A stretch of DNA of 64,000 bases from Acutalibacteraceae bacterium (GTDB taxonomy: Bacteria; Bacillota; Clostridia; Oscillospirales; Acutalibacteraceae): positions 173 through 64,172 of the forward strand of contig JAZRVU010000103.1 in NCBI GenBank assembly GCA_045599305.1, written 5' to 3'. Within the stretch, counting starts at the first letter, position 1. Every line of letters starts with the position of its first letter. Of this stretch, positions 1-9,153 are shown in pieces. Below the pieces are notes generated by a model that ran no database searches, was not told where the DNA came from, and worked only from the letters and a program-made list of their open reading frames with translations. A program made the position numbers and the translations under genes.

Positions 1-1235
1 CACACTTTCTTCAAATCCGCATTTTCTTTGGCCAACGGCAGATAACTGTCATTTTCAGTGCGGAGTTTGTAATTTTCCTCCCTGAGCTGCCGATTTTCTC
101 CGGCGATCTGATCAGCCCTGTCTTCTGCTTCCAACTGTTTTTGCTCTGCCTGCTGAGCAAAATCCAGCGCACTGTCCTCAGCGGTCTTCAACGCCTGCGA
201 ATGCTCTTTCTCCCGGCTTTCCAGTTCTTCGGTATGCTGTTGCTTCAATTCATCCAGTCGCTTTTGCCGAAGCAGCGCCTCCCGCTTCGCCCGGCAGTCC
301 TCCGTGCGGAACAGCCGTTCATAAAAGTGGGCATCCTGCGCGATGGCCCGACGGATCACGCCGATCACGTGCGCACAGCCCGCTTCGCGAATGTATTCGG
401 CGCTCAAAAAGCGATGCCGTTTCGCGTCCCGCGGCTGTGTCTCATCCACATTCGGATAGTACACCCGCAAAGCGCCGTTGTAACAGACATAGTCTTCCGG
501 ACAAGAATCGTTCATCTCATTGGTCACGTGCACATCGTCGGCGTAGTAGACCATCGCATTGCCGCCTACCGCGATCGCCAGTTTCATCGGATCGACCAAC
601 AGCGGTTCCTCCCCCTCTTTGTAGGAATTCCGGGGGCTGACATAGATATACGGCAAACTGCGCGCCGGGTCTTTTAACCGCTCCCAAAATGCCCCCCATT
701 CGCCCGGCAAAAGGCGGATCGGTGTCACGCTGGGGTAGTCGATCCCATCTTGGCAGATCAGTTCCGGGTCGTTCCACAGCTTCTCCACAATTTTCGGCAC
801 ACTCGGTGTCGGCTCTTCCTCACATTCCCCCACAAAACCGGGGCTGTCGCTGTAGGAAATGATGCAGGAGAAGATGGCTTTCCCGATCTCTACGGGTTCA
901 AACCCGATCTCCGTGATCCATTGGCGCGGTGCCACGCCGATTTTTGCTTTGGGTGACTCAATGATCTTGCAAGCCCAAAAATCTGCCGGAAAAGGTTGCT
1001 CAACACGGCAGTATTCCGAAAGCAGCATGATCCTCTTCCCCGTGATCTGCCTGCCGCTTTTCAGTTCCAACCATTCATGGATATCCGTCGTCAAGGCAGG
1101 ACTGCGGCGATTGTGCTTGTTCGTCATCCATTCCCGCACAAGAAGCACGATCTTCCACAGCAGATCCGTTTGCGGATCCCGTGCCTCCACCGTAAATCGG
1201 ATCTTATAAAACAAAGTTGCATACAAGTCTTTCAT
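1..1235 (-). CDS. Uncharacterised protein, N-terminal part only (at least 411 codons; the gene runs past the left window edge). Globular first ~300 aa, then a Glu/Lys/Gln/Leu-rich predicted coiled coil
   Basis: Hand translation of the reverse strand from ATG 1235-1233 (MKDLYATLFYKIRFTVEARDPQTDLLWKIV...) has no stop down to position 1. GGAAAGGAA SD-like motif ~10 nt upstream. Missing from the ORF track because no stop lies in the window. No family recognised. Confidence 0.6.
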   Translation of the reverse strand, partial: MKDLYATLFYKIRFTVEARDPQTDLLWKIVLLVREWMTNKHNRRSPALTTDIHEWLELKSGRQITGKRIMLLSEYCRVEQPFPADFWACKIIESPKAKIGVAPRQWITEIGFEPVEIGKAIFSCIISYSDSPGFVGECEEEPTPSVPKIVEKLWNDPELICQDGIDYPSVTPIRLLPGEWGAFWERLKDPARSLPYIYVSPRNSYKEGEEPLLVDPMKLAIAVGGNAMVYYADDVHVTNEMNDSCPEDYVCYNGALRVYYPNVDETQPRDAKRHRFLSAEYIREAGCAHVIGVIRRAIAQDAHFYERLFRTEDCRAKREALLRQKRLDELKQQHTEELESREKEHSQALKTAEDSALDFAQQAEQKQLEAEDRADQIAGENRQLREENYKLRTENDSYLPLAKENADLKKV

Positions 1236-1409
1236 GAAAAAGCTGTTCCTTTCCGTAAATAAATACACAATCGGCTCTTTTAAAGTATTTTTTTAAATAA
1301 TACCATTCTCGGAAGGTAATGTCAACAGGCGGCAGAAGATCCGAAGTCTTTGCCGGGAGCACCTCCTGCAAAAACTCGCTATTTTACATATTCACCTTGC
1401 TATTTTTTA

Positions 1410-1438
1410 TTGACAGATCAGCCATGCAGAGATAAAAT
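1410..1438 (+). promoter_or_regulatory. SigA-type promoter for the AraC-family gene
   Basis: TTGACA (1410-1415), 17-nt spacer, TAAAAT (1433-1438), in an AT-rich divergent intergenic region. Confidence 0.5.
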
Positions 1439-1475
1439 AGGCGAAGATAAAACGCCGCTGTGAGGTAAAAGCCTT

Positions 1476-2312
1476 ATGCACACGCTTTTTTATGACGCCG
1501 CTATTTTACCGACGGTCACCCTGCTGGGGAAAGATAACTCCCTGCTGCCGCACCGCAATATCCGCCGGGTGTCGGAGGATTATATTTTCTACTTTATCAC
1601 AAACGGTACGCTGCACTTTTCGGAGGGCGGGCGGGAGTACACGCTGAAAAAGGGCGACACCTTCCTGTTCGAGCCCGGCCTGCTGCATTATGGCACCGAA
1701 GACAGTTGTTACCAGTTATATTACATCCATTTCCGGCATCCGCACATCAGCGTGGATCAGCCATCCTTCCCGGAGTGCATGTCGATCGCCAAGCAGATGA
1801 GTTTTGAGGACGACGTGCATTTCCTGAAACTCTGCCAGTCGTTCGAGCGCATTCTGGAACAGCGCAGTTCCATGCTGGAGGGTTCTTCGGTGCTGACCGC
1901 CTGTGCGGCAGATGAGTTCTTCATCGAATTGGCGCGGCGGAGCGCTTTCCGTCAGGAGGGAGGCGGCACCCGCGGCGGAGGCGGCTACGCCCGCATCAGC
2001 GAGGTGATCGCCTATCTCAACCGACGCTACGCCTCCCCCATCAGCAGTGATAAGATCGAAAAAGATCTTTCCTATAATTTCGACTACCTGAATCAACTGT
2101 TCCGCCGTCATCTGGGCACGACCGTGTTCCGGATGCTGGAGGATATCCGCATGGAGAACGCGCAGAGGCTGCTGCTCACCAGTGATATGCCGCTCGCACA
2201 GATCGCCAAGGAGGTGGGATTCCGTGAAGAAAGTTATTTTTCGAAAGTTTTCAAAAAATCGACCGGGCTTTCTCCCTCCGATTATCGCAGCCGCGCTCTC
2301 AAAATGGATTGA
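1476..2312 (+). CDS. AraC family transcriptional regulator (N-terminal cupin-like sensor, C-terminal double HTH)
   Basis: C-terminus ...YLNQLFRRHLGTTVFRMLEDIRMENAQRLLLTSDMPLAQIAKEVGFREESYFSKVFKKSTGLSPSDYR is the classic AraC/XylS HTH signature. Confidence 0.9.
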   Translation: MHTLFYDAAILPTVTLLGKDNSLLPHRNIRRVSEDYIFYFITNGTLHFSEGGREYTLKKGDTFLFEPGLLHYGTEDSCYQLYYIHFRHPHISVDQPSFPECMSIAKQMSFEDDVHFLKLCQSFERILEQRSSMLEGSSVLTACAADEFFIELARRSAFRQEGGGTRGGGGYARISEVIAYLNRRYASPISSDKIEKDLSYNFDYLNQLFRRHLGTTVFRMLEDIRMENAQRLLLTSDMPLAQIAKEVGFREESYFSKVFKKSTGLSPSDYRSRALKMD

Positions 2313-2367
2313 CACGGATCTGCTGGCGATAGACACCCCGACAGGGCGGCTCTCGGTCTTTTCGCTG

Positions 2368-3660
2368 ATGCTGCCGATGCTGGCGGAATCGGTCAGCATC
2401 AACCTCATCAATACTATGAGCACCGCACTGCTCAGCAACTATTCCGACAGTGCCGCCGCAGCCAGCGCGGCAGTCGGGACGATCATCAGCATGGCGACGA
2501 TGGCGTTCTCGCTCATATCGGTCGGTGCCACCGTGATCGTCAGCCGGTTTCTGGGCGCCGGGGAAGACCGAAAAGCCTCGGCCGCCTCATGGACGGCCAT
2601 CCTGATGTGCACGCTGCTGGGGGCGATATGCGGCGGCGGGATGCTGCTCTTCTGCGACCCGCTTCTGGGCTTTCTGAATCTTCAGGGGCAGACGCTCGCA
2701 TACGCCGGCATCTATTTTAAGATCCGCTGCGCTTTTCTGCCGCTCAACGCCATCCTCTCGATCCTGATGGCGCAGATGCGCTGCTACGGCTATCCGAAAT
2801 ACACCTTTTACGCCTGCCTGATCCAAAGCCTGTCCAACTATCTGCTCTGCCTGTTCGTGCTGCGCTGCCCGCAGTATTCGCCGCTGGACGGCGTGACCGG
2901 GGTGGCCGCCGCCAATGTGGTCTGCCAGCTGATCGCCCTGCTCTTTCTGTGGGTCACCTTCCGCCGTCTGCGGCTGCACTTTACGACCCCGCAGTCATGG
3001 GACGAGGCACGGTCGTATATCCGCCAGATGGTCAAGATCGGCCTGCCGGGCGCCGTCACCTCCGGTTCTTATTCTCTGGGGCAGATGGTCACCACCTCTT
3101 TTGTGGCACAGTTGGGAGACGCGGCGCTTTCGGCCAAGGTGTATTACAGTTCCATCCTCTGCTACACCTATCTGTTCAGCGTCAACCTCGGCAACGCCAA
3201 CGCCCTGTTGGTGGGACGGCTGTGCGGCATGAAGGACTTTGACCGTGCCGACCGCATGACAAAACAGTTGGTCCGGCTGACCTCACCGGTCAATCTGCTG
3301 ATCTCGCTGGTCATTCTGGCTTTCCGCGTACCGCTGCTTTCGGCGTTCACCCAAAATCAGCAGATCATCGCCTGGGGCGCGGCCGTCATGCTCATCGACA
3401 TCATCGCCGAGCAGTCACGCGCCTTCAGCCAGATATACGAATACGGTCTGCGCGGCGCGGGGGATGTGAATTTTGCCATGGTGGGCACGATCATCTCCTG
3501 CTGGTGCTGCAGTATCGGTCTGGGATACCTGTTCGGCATCGTGTGCGGCTGGGGGATCATCGGCATATGGCTGGCCTGCTCGCTGGACGAGTTCATGCGG
3601 GCGGCGCTGACCGTGTGGCGCTGGAAAACGCAGAAATGGCGCACACTTTCGATCGGATAG
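2368..3660 (+). CDS. MATE family efflux transporter
   Basis: Polytopic hydrophobic protein of MATE length, with a typical N-terminal LMLPMLAESVSINLINTMSTALLS segment. The track ORF (from 2182) overlaps the AraC gene; start placed at the first in-frame ATG after the AraC stop, so it is uncertain. Confidence 0.8.
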   Translation: MLPMLAESVSINLINTMSTALLSNYSDSAAAASAAVGTIISMATMAFSLISVGATVIVSRFLGAGEDRKASAASWTAILMCTLLGAICGGGMLLFCDPLLGFLNLQGQTLAYAGIYFKIRCAFLPLNAILSILMAQMRCYGYPKYTFYACLIQSLSNYLLCLFVLRCPQYSPLDGVTGVAAANVVCQLIALLFLWVTFRRLRLHFTTPQSWDEARSYIRQMVKIGLPGAVTSGSYSLGQMVTTSFVAQLGDAALSAKVYYSSILCYTYLFSVNLGNANALLVGRLCGMKDFDRADRMTKQLVRLTSPVNLLISLVILAFRVPLLSAFTQNQQIIAWGAAVMLIDIIAEQSRAFSQIYEYGLRGAGDVNFAMVGTIISCWCCSIGLGYLFGIVCGWGIIGIWLACSLDEFMRAALTVWRWKTQKWRTLSIG

Positions 3661-3753
3661 ATAAACACAGTCGGCCTTGCCGTCGGGCTCCTACGCAATA
3701 ATGTGAGAAAATGAAGCAGTTGCAAACCTGCTTTGTGCATAAAGATAAAAAGG

Positions 3754-3792
3754 AAGTGGATGTAACGGATTCCGTTACATCCACTTGATTTT
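3754..3792 (+). terminator. Rho-independent terminator after the MATE gene
   Basis: Perfect 15-bp stem AAGTGGATGTAACGG / CCGTTACATCCACTT with a 3-nt loop, followed by GATTTTT. Confidence 0.7.
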
Positions 3793-3879
3793 TGGTGCGG
3801 GTAACAGGACTTGAACCTGCACAGCCTTGCGACCATTAGAACCTGAATCTAACGCGTCTGCCAATTCCGCCATACCCGC
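3793..3879 (-). tRNA. tRNA-Leu (anticodon CAG), CCA encoded
   Basis: Reverse strand reads GCGGGTA-TG-GCGGAATTGGCAGACGC-G-TTAGA-TTCAGGT-TCTAA-long variable arm-GCAGGTTCAAGTCCTGT-TACCCGC-ACCA. Cloverleaf folded by hand; 87 nt with a class II variable arm. Confidence 0.9.
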
Positions 3880-3911
3880 ATATCTATGCCACCGTTTCGG
3901 CGACGAGAATT

Positions 3912-3940
3912 ATTATATCGAATACCAACGGAAATGTCAA
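3912..3940 (-). promoter_or_regulatory. Consensus SigA promoter driving the tRNA-Leu gene
   Basis: On the reverse strand: TTGACA, 17 nt, TATAAT. The -10 ends ~30 nt upstream of the tRNA 5' end. Confidence 0.65.
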
Positions 3941-3992
3941 GGGATTTTTTCAAAAAAATGCAGCCTTTTTCAAAAAACTTTGGAAGGCGCCG

Positions 3993-4658
3993 TCAACCGG
4001 TGAGCTTGCGGCGCAATTCCTGCAGGATCACCCGCTCGCGCCGGGATACCTGCACCTGTGTCATGCCCAGCGCGTCCGCGGTGACCTGCTGCGTGCGATG
4101 CCGCAGATAGCGCAGTTCGATCAGGCGGCGGTCGCGCTCATCCAGTTCGGCCAGCACCTGCCGCAGCGCCAGTCGGTCGGTGATCTGTTCCTCCGGCGGG
4201 GCGACGGGCAGGTCGATCTGGTCGCCGCTCTCCCCGCTGCCGTCCTCCCATCGGGTGAGCGAGATCACCGGCAGCGAAGCACCGAATGCCTGTGCCGCCT
4301 GTGCCGGATCCACCCCCAGTGCGTCGGCCAGCTCATTCACCGTGGGTTCCCGCCCCTCGCGGGCAACGAACCGCTCCCGCTCGCGGGCAGCGCGCATGGA
4401 AAGCTCCTTGAGCGTCCGCCCCACTTTGACCGCGCCGCCGTCCCGGAACAGGCGGCGCATCTCTCCCATGATGACCGGCACGGCATAGGTGGAAAACCGC
4501 AGTCCCCGCCCTTCATCAAAGCCGTCCACAGCTTTGATAAGTCCCATGCAGCCGGCCTGCACCAGATCCTCATATTCCGCCCCGCGGCCGGAAAAGCGCC
4601 GGGCACAGGCGTGCACCAGCCCCATATTGTCGCAGACCTTTTTGTCCCGTTCGGTCAC
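3993..4658 (-). CDS. sigF: Sporulation sigma factor SigF (sigma-70 family, group 3)
   Basis: Region 2 (DLVQAGCMGLIKAVDGFD...FSTYAVPVIMGEMRR) and region 4 (LRYLRHRTQQVTADALGMTQVQVSRRE) are present. Third gene after spoIIAA/spoIIAB. GTG start overlaps the spoIIAB stop (GTGA). Confidence 0.9.
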   Translation of the reverse strand: MTERDKKVCDNMGLVHACARRFSGRGAEYEDLVQAGCMGLIKAVDGFDEGRGLRFSTYAVPVIMGEMRRLFRDGGAVKVGRTLKELSMRAARERERFVAREGREPTVNELADALGVDPAQAAQAFGASLPVISLTRWEDGSGESGDQIDLPVAPPEEQITDRLALRQVLAELDERDRRLIELRYLRHRTQQVTADALGMTQVQVSRRERVILQELRRKLTG

Positions 4659-5107
4659 GGCTTCGGCGCCTCACCCTCGCACGTTATGTATTTCTCCAGT
4701 GTGACCACCGTGCCCGCGCCCGGCTGCGATTTCACCCGCACCCGGTCACACAGGCTCTCCATGACCGAAAAGCCCAGACCGGAACGTTCTTCGCCGCCGG
4801 TGGTGAAAAGCGGCTCCCGCGCACGCTCCACGTCCTCGATGCCGCAGCCGTGATCCTGCACGCGGATGACCACCCGCCCGTTGGCATATGACCGGGCGGT
4901 GAGGATGATCTCCCCCACACGGTCGGGATAGGCGTGCACGACGCAGTTGGTGACCGCCTCCGACACCGCCGTGCGCACATCCACCAGTTCATCCACACGC
5001 GGATCCATCTGCGAGACGAACGCCGCCACCACCGCCCGCGCCAGGCTCTCGTTTTCCGAACGTCCCGGCAATACCAGTTTCAGTTCATTTTCGGCTTTGA
5101 CTCTCAT
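4655..5107 (-). CDS. spoIIAB: Anti-sigma F factor / serine protein kinase SpoIIAB
   Basis: NESLARAVVAAFVSQMDPRVDELVDVRTAVSEAVTNCVVHAY matches the SpoIIAB N-box region; G-box ...TTGGEERSGLGFSV. Start moved to ATG 5107 (GGGAGGAGGA SD; ATGA overlap with the spoIIAA stop). Confidence 0.9.
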   Translation of the reverse strand: MRVKAENELKLVLPGRSENESLARAVVAAFVSQMDPRVDELVDVRTAVSEAVTNCVVHAYPDRVGEIILTARSYANGRVVIRVQDHGCGIEDVERAREPLFTTGGEERSGLGFSVMESLCDRVRVKSQPGAGTVVTLEKYITCEGEAPKP

Positions 5108-5421
5108 CACATATCCTCCTCCCATATATCCAGCTTATCCAAGCCGGCCATCTGCATCATGCGGCGCACCCGTTCATTGGCCCGGCAGACCGTAAGAGTG
5201 CCGCCCAGCAGCCGCATCAGCCGGTATCGCCCCATCACCAGTCCCACGCCGGAGCTGTCCATGAAGGTCACCTCGCGAAAATCCAGCCGCAGCTGTCGGG
5301 GCGCCATCTGCTCGGCGGCGGTATCCACCTGCTCGCGCAGCTGCTGCGCCGTGTGGTGATCCAGTTCGCCGGACAGGCACGCCGTCAATACCTGATCGCC
5401 CCTTTTGAATTCGACTGCCAT
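5107..5421 (-). CDS. spoIIAA: Anti-sigma F factor antagonist SpoIIAA (STAS domain)
   Basis: 104-aa STAS protein with the phosphorylatable-serine motif FMDSSGVGLV. First gene of the spoIIA operon. Confidence 0.9.
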   Translation of the reverse strand: MAVEFKRGDQVLTACLSGELDHHTAQQLREQVDTAAEQMAPRQLRLDFREVTFMDSSGVGLVMGRYRLMRLLGGTLTVCRANERVRRMMQMAGLDKLDIWEEDM

Positions 5422-5444
5422 AGTATTTTCCGTCCTTTCCGCAA

Positions 5445-5478
5445 AAGAAAAAAGCCTCTATCCCATAGGATAAAGGCT
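5445..5478 (-). terminator. Rho-independent terminator after folC
   Basis: Reverse strand: AGCCTTTATCC-TATG-GGATAGAGGCT followed by TTTTTTC. Confidence 0.65.
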
Positions 5479-5508
5479 TGTCTTTGAAAATTTACGGGAA
5501 ATGTGTCG

Positions 5509-6777
5509 TCACTCCGCTTTTTTTAAAAGCGGACGGATGGCCGACGCGGTGTAGAAGGAGCCGCACACGATCAGCGGCTTCTCCCCCACAAGGTCACGGG
5601 CGAGCGTCAGCGCGGCGGCGGGGTCATCACACGCCCGCACATCGGCGACCGACACCTCACGAAACACAGCGGCCAGTTCTTCGGCTTTCATGGCGCGTTC
5701 CGACGGCGGGGTACAGCAGACGACCTCTGCCGCCGACGGCGCCAGCAGCGCGGCACAGGCGGCCACGTCTTTGTCACGCAGCATACCGATGAGCAGCGTG
5801 ACGGGTGCCAGCGGGCGTAGTGTCTCGGCCAGCACGGCCACCCCATGCGGATTATGCGCGCCGTCGATCAGGCAGAACGGCTTTCTGCAGAGCACCTCCT
5901 GCCGGGCGGGCAGTGTGGCGGCCGCCAGTCCGGCGTGCAGTGCCTCCTGCTCCACGGGATACCCACACTCTCCCAATGCGGCAAGTGTCTCCAGTGCGGT
6001 GAGGGCGTTGCCCACCTGAAACGCCCCGCCGAGCGGCAGCGTATAGGTCTCGCCCGCAAAAGTGAACACCGTCTCACCGGGCGCGGCCGAAACAAGCGCG
6101 GCGGCGCCCCGGTTGGGCTGCCGCACCGTCAGCCCCCGTGCGGCGGCGCAGGCATAAATCGCGGCCAGTGCCTCGGGGGACTGGTCCGGCGAGGTGACCA
6201 CCCTGCAGGGCGGCTTGATGATGCCGCACTTCTCCGTCGCGATCGCCTCCACCGTGTCGCCCAGAAAAGCCGTGTGGTCCAACGCCACGGGGGTCAGCAC
6301 CGCGGCCAGCGGCGGCGGGCAGACGTTGGTGGCGTCCAGTCGTCCCCCCATGCCGCATTCCAGCACGCATATATCCACCCGCTCGCGGGCAAAATACTCG
6401 AGTGTCAGCGCGGTGACCAGTTCGAACTCGGTCAGTTCCCCGCAATCCCCCATCTGCGCCTGCCGGTCGTACCACGCGCCCGTCATGGCGGCCAGCGTGT
6501 CGGCCGGGATGGGCGCACCGTCCACGGTAATGGTGTCCTCGATGGCCCCCACCGCGGGAGAGGCGTACAGGCCAGTGCGGTATCCAGCAACGGTCAGCGC
6601 CGACTGGATCATGCGGGCGGTGGAGCCTTTGCCGTTGGTGCCGGCCACATGGACGACCCGCAGACGGCGCTGCGGATCACCGCAAAGCGACATAGCCCGC
6701 TCCATGCGCGCAAGACCCGGGCAGATCCCGCGGCCGTGCAGCTGTGCCCGATAGGCGGCCGCGTCTTTCGGTGTCAT
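5509..6777 (-). CDS. folC: Bifunctional folylpolyglutamate synthase / dihydrofolate synthase
   Basis: Mur-ligase P-loop VAGTNGKGSTARMIQS and overall FolC layout. Start moved to ATG 6777 (AAAAAGGAG SD ~12 nt upstream). Confidence 0.9.
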   Translation of the reverse strand: MTPKDAAAYRAQLHGRGICPGLARMERAMSLCGDPQRRLRVVHVAGTNGKGSTARMIQSALTVAGYRTGLYASPAVGAIEDTITVDGAPIPADTLAAMTGAWYDRQAQMGDCGELTEFELVTALTLEYFARERVDICVLECGMGGRLDATNVCPPPLAAVLTPVALDHTAFLGDTVEAIATEKCGIIKPPCRVVTSPDQSPEALAAIYACAAARGLTVRQPNRGAAALVSAAPGETVFTFAGETYTLPLGGAFQVGNALTALETLAALGECGYPVEQEALHAGLAAATLPARQEVLCRKPFCLIDGAHNPHGVAVLAETLRPLAPVTLLIGMLRDKDVAACAALLAPSAAEVVCCTPPSERAMKAEELAAVFREVSVADVRACDDPAAALTLARDLVGEKPLIVCGSFYTASAIRPLLKKAE

Positions 6778-6843
6778 ATTCACAGCGAACGCTCCTTTTT
6801 GAAAAAAGGCTGCCGCACAGCGGCAGCCTTTAAATATCAATAT

Positions 6844-7833
6844 TTACAGATCGCGGAAAAGATCCTCCAGCGACACAGTCCCTTCCGGCTCTTTTGCCGC
6901 ATCGTCCGTTTCCCCGACCGCTTCGGCGGCATCTTCCGTCGTGGCGGAGGAAATATCATCAGCCCCGTCCGCCGAAGGTGTGTCGCTCTTCTCTTCCTTC
7001 CCGGCGCGGGGCGCACGGATGAGGAAGAAATAGGCTACCGCCGCCGCGCCGAGCAGCAGCACCACGCCGCCGATCATCAGCCACAGAGCCATCCCGTGAG
7101 GGAATCGGCTATGCGGCAAGGCGGCGCTCATCGCCGTGGTGGTCGTCTGGACTGCCACGATCTCCGTGATCTCGGCATCGGAGTGATCCGTTGTCGTTAA
7201 GGTCTGGCCTGTGGTACGCACCCGTGTGAACCCTTCGGCCGCCCGCGAAGGCGCCGTGTTGACCGGTTCTGTCGGTGTCTGGGTAACGACCGATGTGGGG
7301 GCCGTTGTGACAGCGACCGTGGTCGGTTTTGTCGTAGTGACCGGCTCAGTGCCAGTCGTTGTGTGCAGCACGACAGACGCCGCACAAGCAGCATACTTGA
7401 CTCCGCCGCTTTGGAATTCCTTTGTGGAACAATAGATCTCCATCGGCTCGGCATCGAATTTCAGCATCGCCGTACCCGATTTTCCGGCCACTTCGTTATA
7501 CTCCACGCCGTCTGCCACGATCCGGATCGGTGCACGGTTCACCGGCTCACCGTTTTCATCCGTCACACGCACCGTCAGACGTCCGTCCACGAACATCAGC
7601 CGCATCGAAGTGGACAGCACCACGATCTCGGGAGCAGTGGTCGTCTCCGGCTCCTCGGCAACGGTCGTCACAGGATCCTCGGCGGTCGTGGTCGGCTCCG
7701 GTTCCTCAGCAACGGTAGTTACCTCGCCGCCAGTGGTAGGATCCGCACCGTCGGTCGGCTCTTCCGCCGCCGCCGCAAAACCCATCACGGTCACCAGCAG
7801 GACACAGGCGAGCACAGAAAGCAAGCGTTTCAT
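6844..7833 (-). CDS. Hypothetical cell-surface protein: signal peptide, Thr/Pro/Glu-rich linkers, one beta-sandwich-like domain, C-terminal TM anchor
   Basis: MKRLLSVLACVLLVTVMGFAAAA signal; repeated VTTVAEEPE(P)TTTA segments; hydrophobic LWLMIGGVVLLLGAAAVAYFFLI near the C-terminus. No catalytic motif recognised. Confidence 0.6.
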   Translation of the reverse strand: MKRLLSVLACVLLVTVMGFAAAAEEPTDGADPTTGGEVTTVAEEPEPTTTAEDPVTTVAEEPETTTAPEIVVLSTSMRLMFVDGRLTVRVTDENGEPVNRAPIRIVADGVEYNEVAGKSGTAMLKFDAEPMEIYCSTKEFQSGGVKYAACAASVVLHTTTGTEPVTTTKPTTVAVTTAPTSVVTQTPTEPVNTAPSRAAEGFTRVRTTGQTLTTTDHSDAEITEIVAVQTTTTAMSAALPHSRFPHGMALWLMIGGVVLLLGAAAVAYFFLIRAPRAGKEEKSDTPSADGADDISSATTEDAAEAVGETDDAAKEPEGTVSLEDLFRDL

Positions 7834-7872
7834 TCTAACAGTCCTTCCAAAATCATACGGACACACGAGCGA

Positions 7873-8925
7873 TCATCGGTCGCCCATGAACAAAAGCCGC
7901 ACGATCTTCACACGGCGCATAAACGCCACTGAGATCAGCGAAAGTACCCAGATGAGCGGCGGAGCAAACAGGAACGACACGATCAGCGGTATGGATCGCA
8001 TCACTGGGACAAGCAGCAGATAAAACAGTTCAAACACGCCGTACATCCCCATCGAAAACTGTGCCATCGGCGGCAGCCATGGCGAAAACACCGTGGAACG
8101 GTCGAAATCGCGACAGACCATGAACAAAAAGATGCTCATCAGTATGATATTGGGCATATAGGCCTGGTAAAACACCACATTTGCTTCGCCGGCACTGTGG
8201 GTCATCAGTGCGGCACCGATCGCGGTGGCGATCACGCTGATACCGTAGCCGATCAGCATCAAGCGGCGGGACGGCCGCCATTCCGTGGTGAACAGCAGCC
8301 ACCCCAGCAACAGGTATCCGAGATAGCCGCCCAACGGATTGGCACTGCCGTAGGCGGGAAGCGCCAGATTCGGGAAAAGGCCCGAAAGGATCGGAAAAAA
8401 GGAATTGTAACCGATCCACAGGATCGTGGCATAAAGGATGAGCCCGCGCGGCGCATGCTGCACCAGCAGCCGCAAGAACGGCAAAAGCAGATATACCGCG
8501 ATCAGCAGATAGAACAGCCACAGATGCGGTGCGGCCGGCGTGTTCAGCAGCGACCGAAGCATATCCGCCGGCATGATCTGTTCGCCCATCGGCCCCTGCC
8601 ACAAAAAGCGGAACACCATATAGATCAGCGACCAGACAGCCAGCGGGATGAGCAGCATGAGCACCCGGTCACGCAGCACTTCCTTTAACGAAACAGAGCT
8701 TTCCTTTTCCAAAAGCAGTGCTCCGAGTCCCATCAGCAAAAGCGGCACGGCAAACTGCGTGGCGGCGCCGAACAGATTTGCCACATGCCACGAAAATGTG
8801 AGTACATGTCCGTCTGCTGCGCCCTGCTGGATCAGCAGGCCGCACACGGCGGAATAGACTACCGCCGCCATTCCGATCACACGGATGCGATCGAAACAGG
8901 CGACACGGGGTTTCTTCTGTTCCAT
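7873..8925 (-). CDS. Acyltransferase family 3 (OafA/YrhL-like) integral membrane protein
   Basis: N-terminal FDRIRVIGMAAVV motif typical of acyltransferase_3, and ~10 hydrophobic segments. Start at ATG 8925 with GGAAGGAG SD. Confidence 0.8.
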   Translation of the reverse strand: MEQKKPRVACFDRIRVIGMAAVVYSAVCGLLIQQGAADGHVLTFSWHVANLFGAATQFAVPLLLMGLGALLLEKESSVSLKEVLRDRVLMLLIPLAVWSLIYMVFRFLWQGPMGEQIMPADMLRSLLNTPAAPHLWLFYLLIAVYLLLPFLRLLVQHAPRGLILYATILWIGYNSFFPILSGLFPNLALPAYGSANPLGGYLGYLLLGWLLFTTEWRPSRRLMLIGYGISVIATAIGAALMTHSAGEANVVFYQAYMPNIILMSIFLFMVCRDFDRSTVFSPWLPPMAQFSMGMYGVFELFYLLLVPVMRSIPLIVSFLFAPPLIWVLSLISVAFMRRVKIVRLLFMGDR

Positions 8926-9153
8926 GAAATATCTCCTTCCGCAGAATATACCATTAAAAGTATAAAAAAATTCAGTTGCAAATACAATAGTCAAAATCGC
9001 CCAAGTTTCGGTGAGCGCGCATGTGCTTTTTGGCCAAATGTCTCTAATTTTTAAAAAAGTCGGCTTATGCCCTTGTAATCCTGCCGGAAGCGTGATATCC
9101 TGTTATGTGGACAGAACCGTCCCATGTGGGACAGTATTTGAGGAGGGAATCGG

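Noticed and set aside
141-1262. Six short ORFs listed in the track (141-677, 437-640, 517-777, 750-956, 859-1209, 996-1262)
   Set aside because: All are overlapped by the 411-codon open minus-strand frame ending at ATG 1235, which has an SD and a protein-like composition.
2182-2367. Upstream extension of the MATE ORF overlapping the AraC gene by 130 nt
   Set aside because: The extension is in a different frame within the AraC HTH-coding region and has no SD. The MATE-like sequence begins after the AraC stop.
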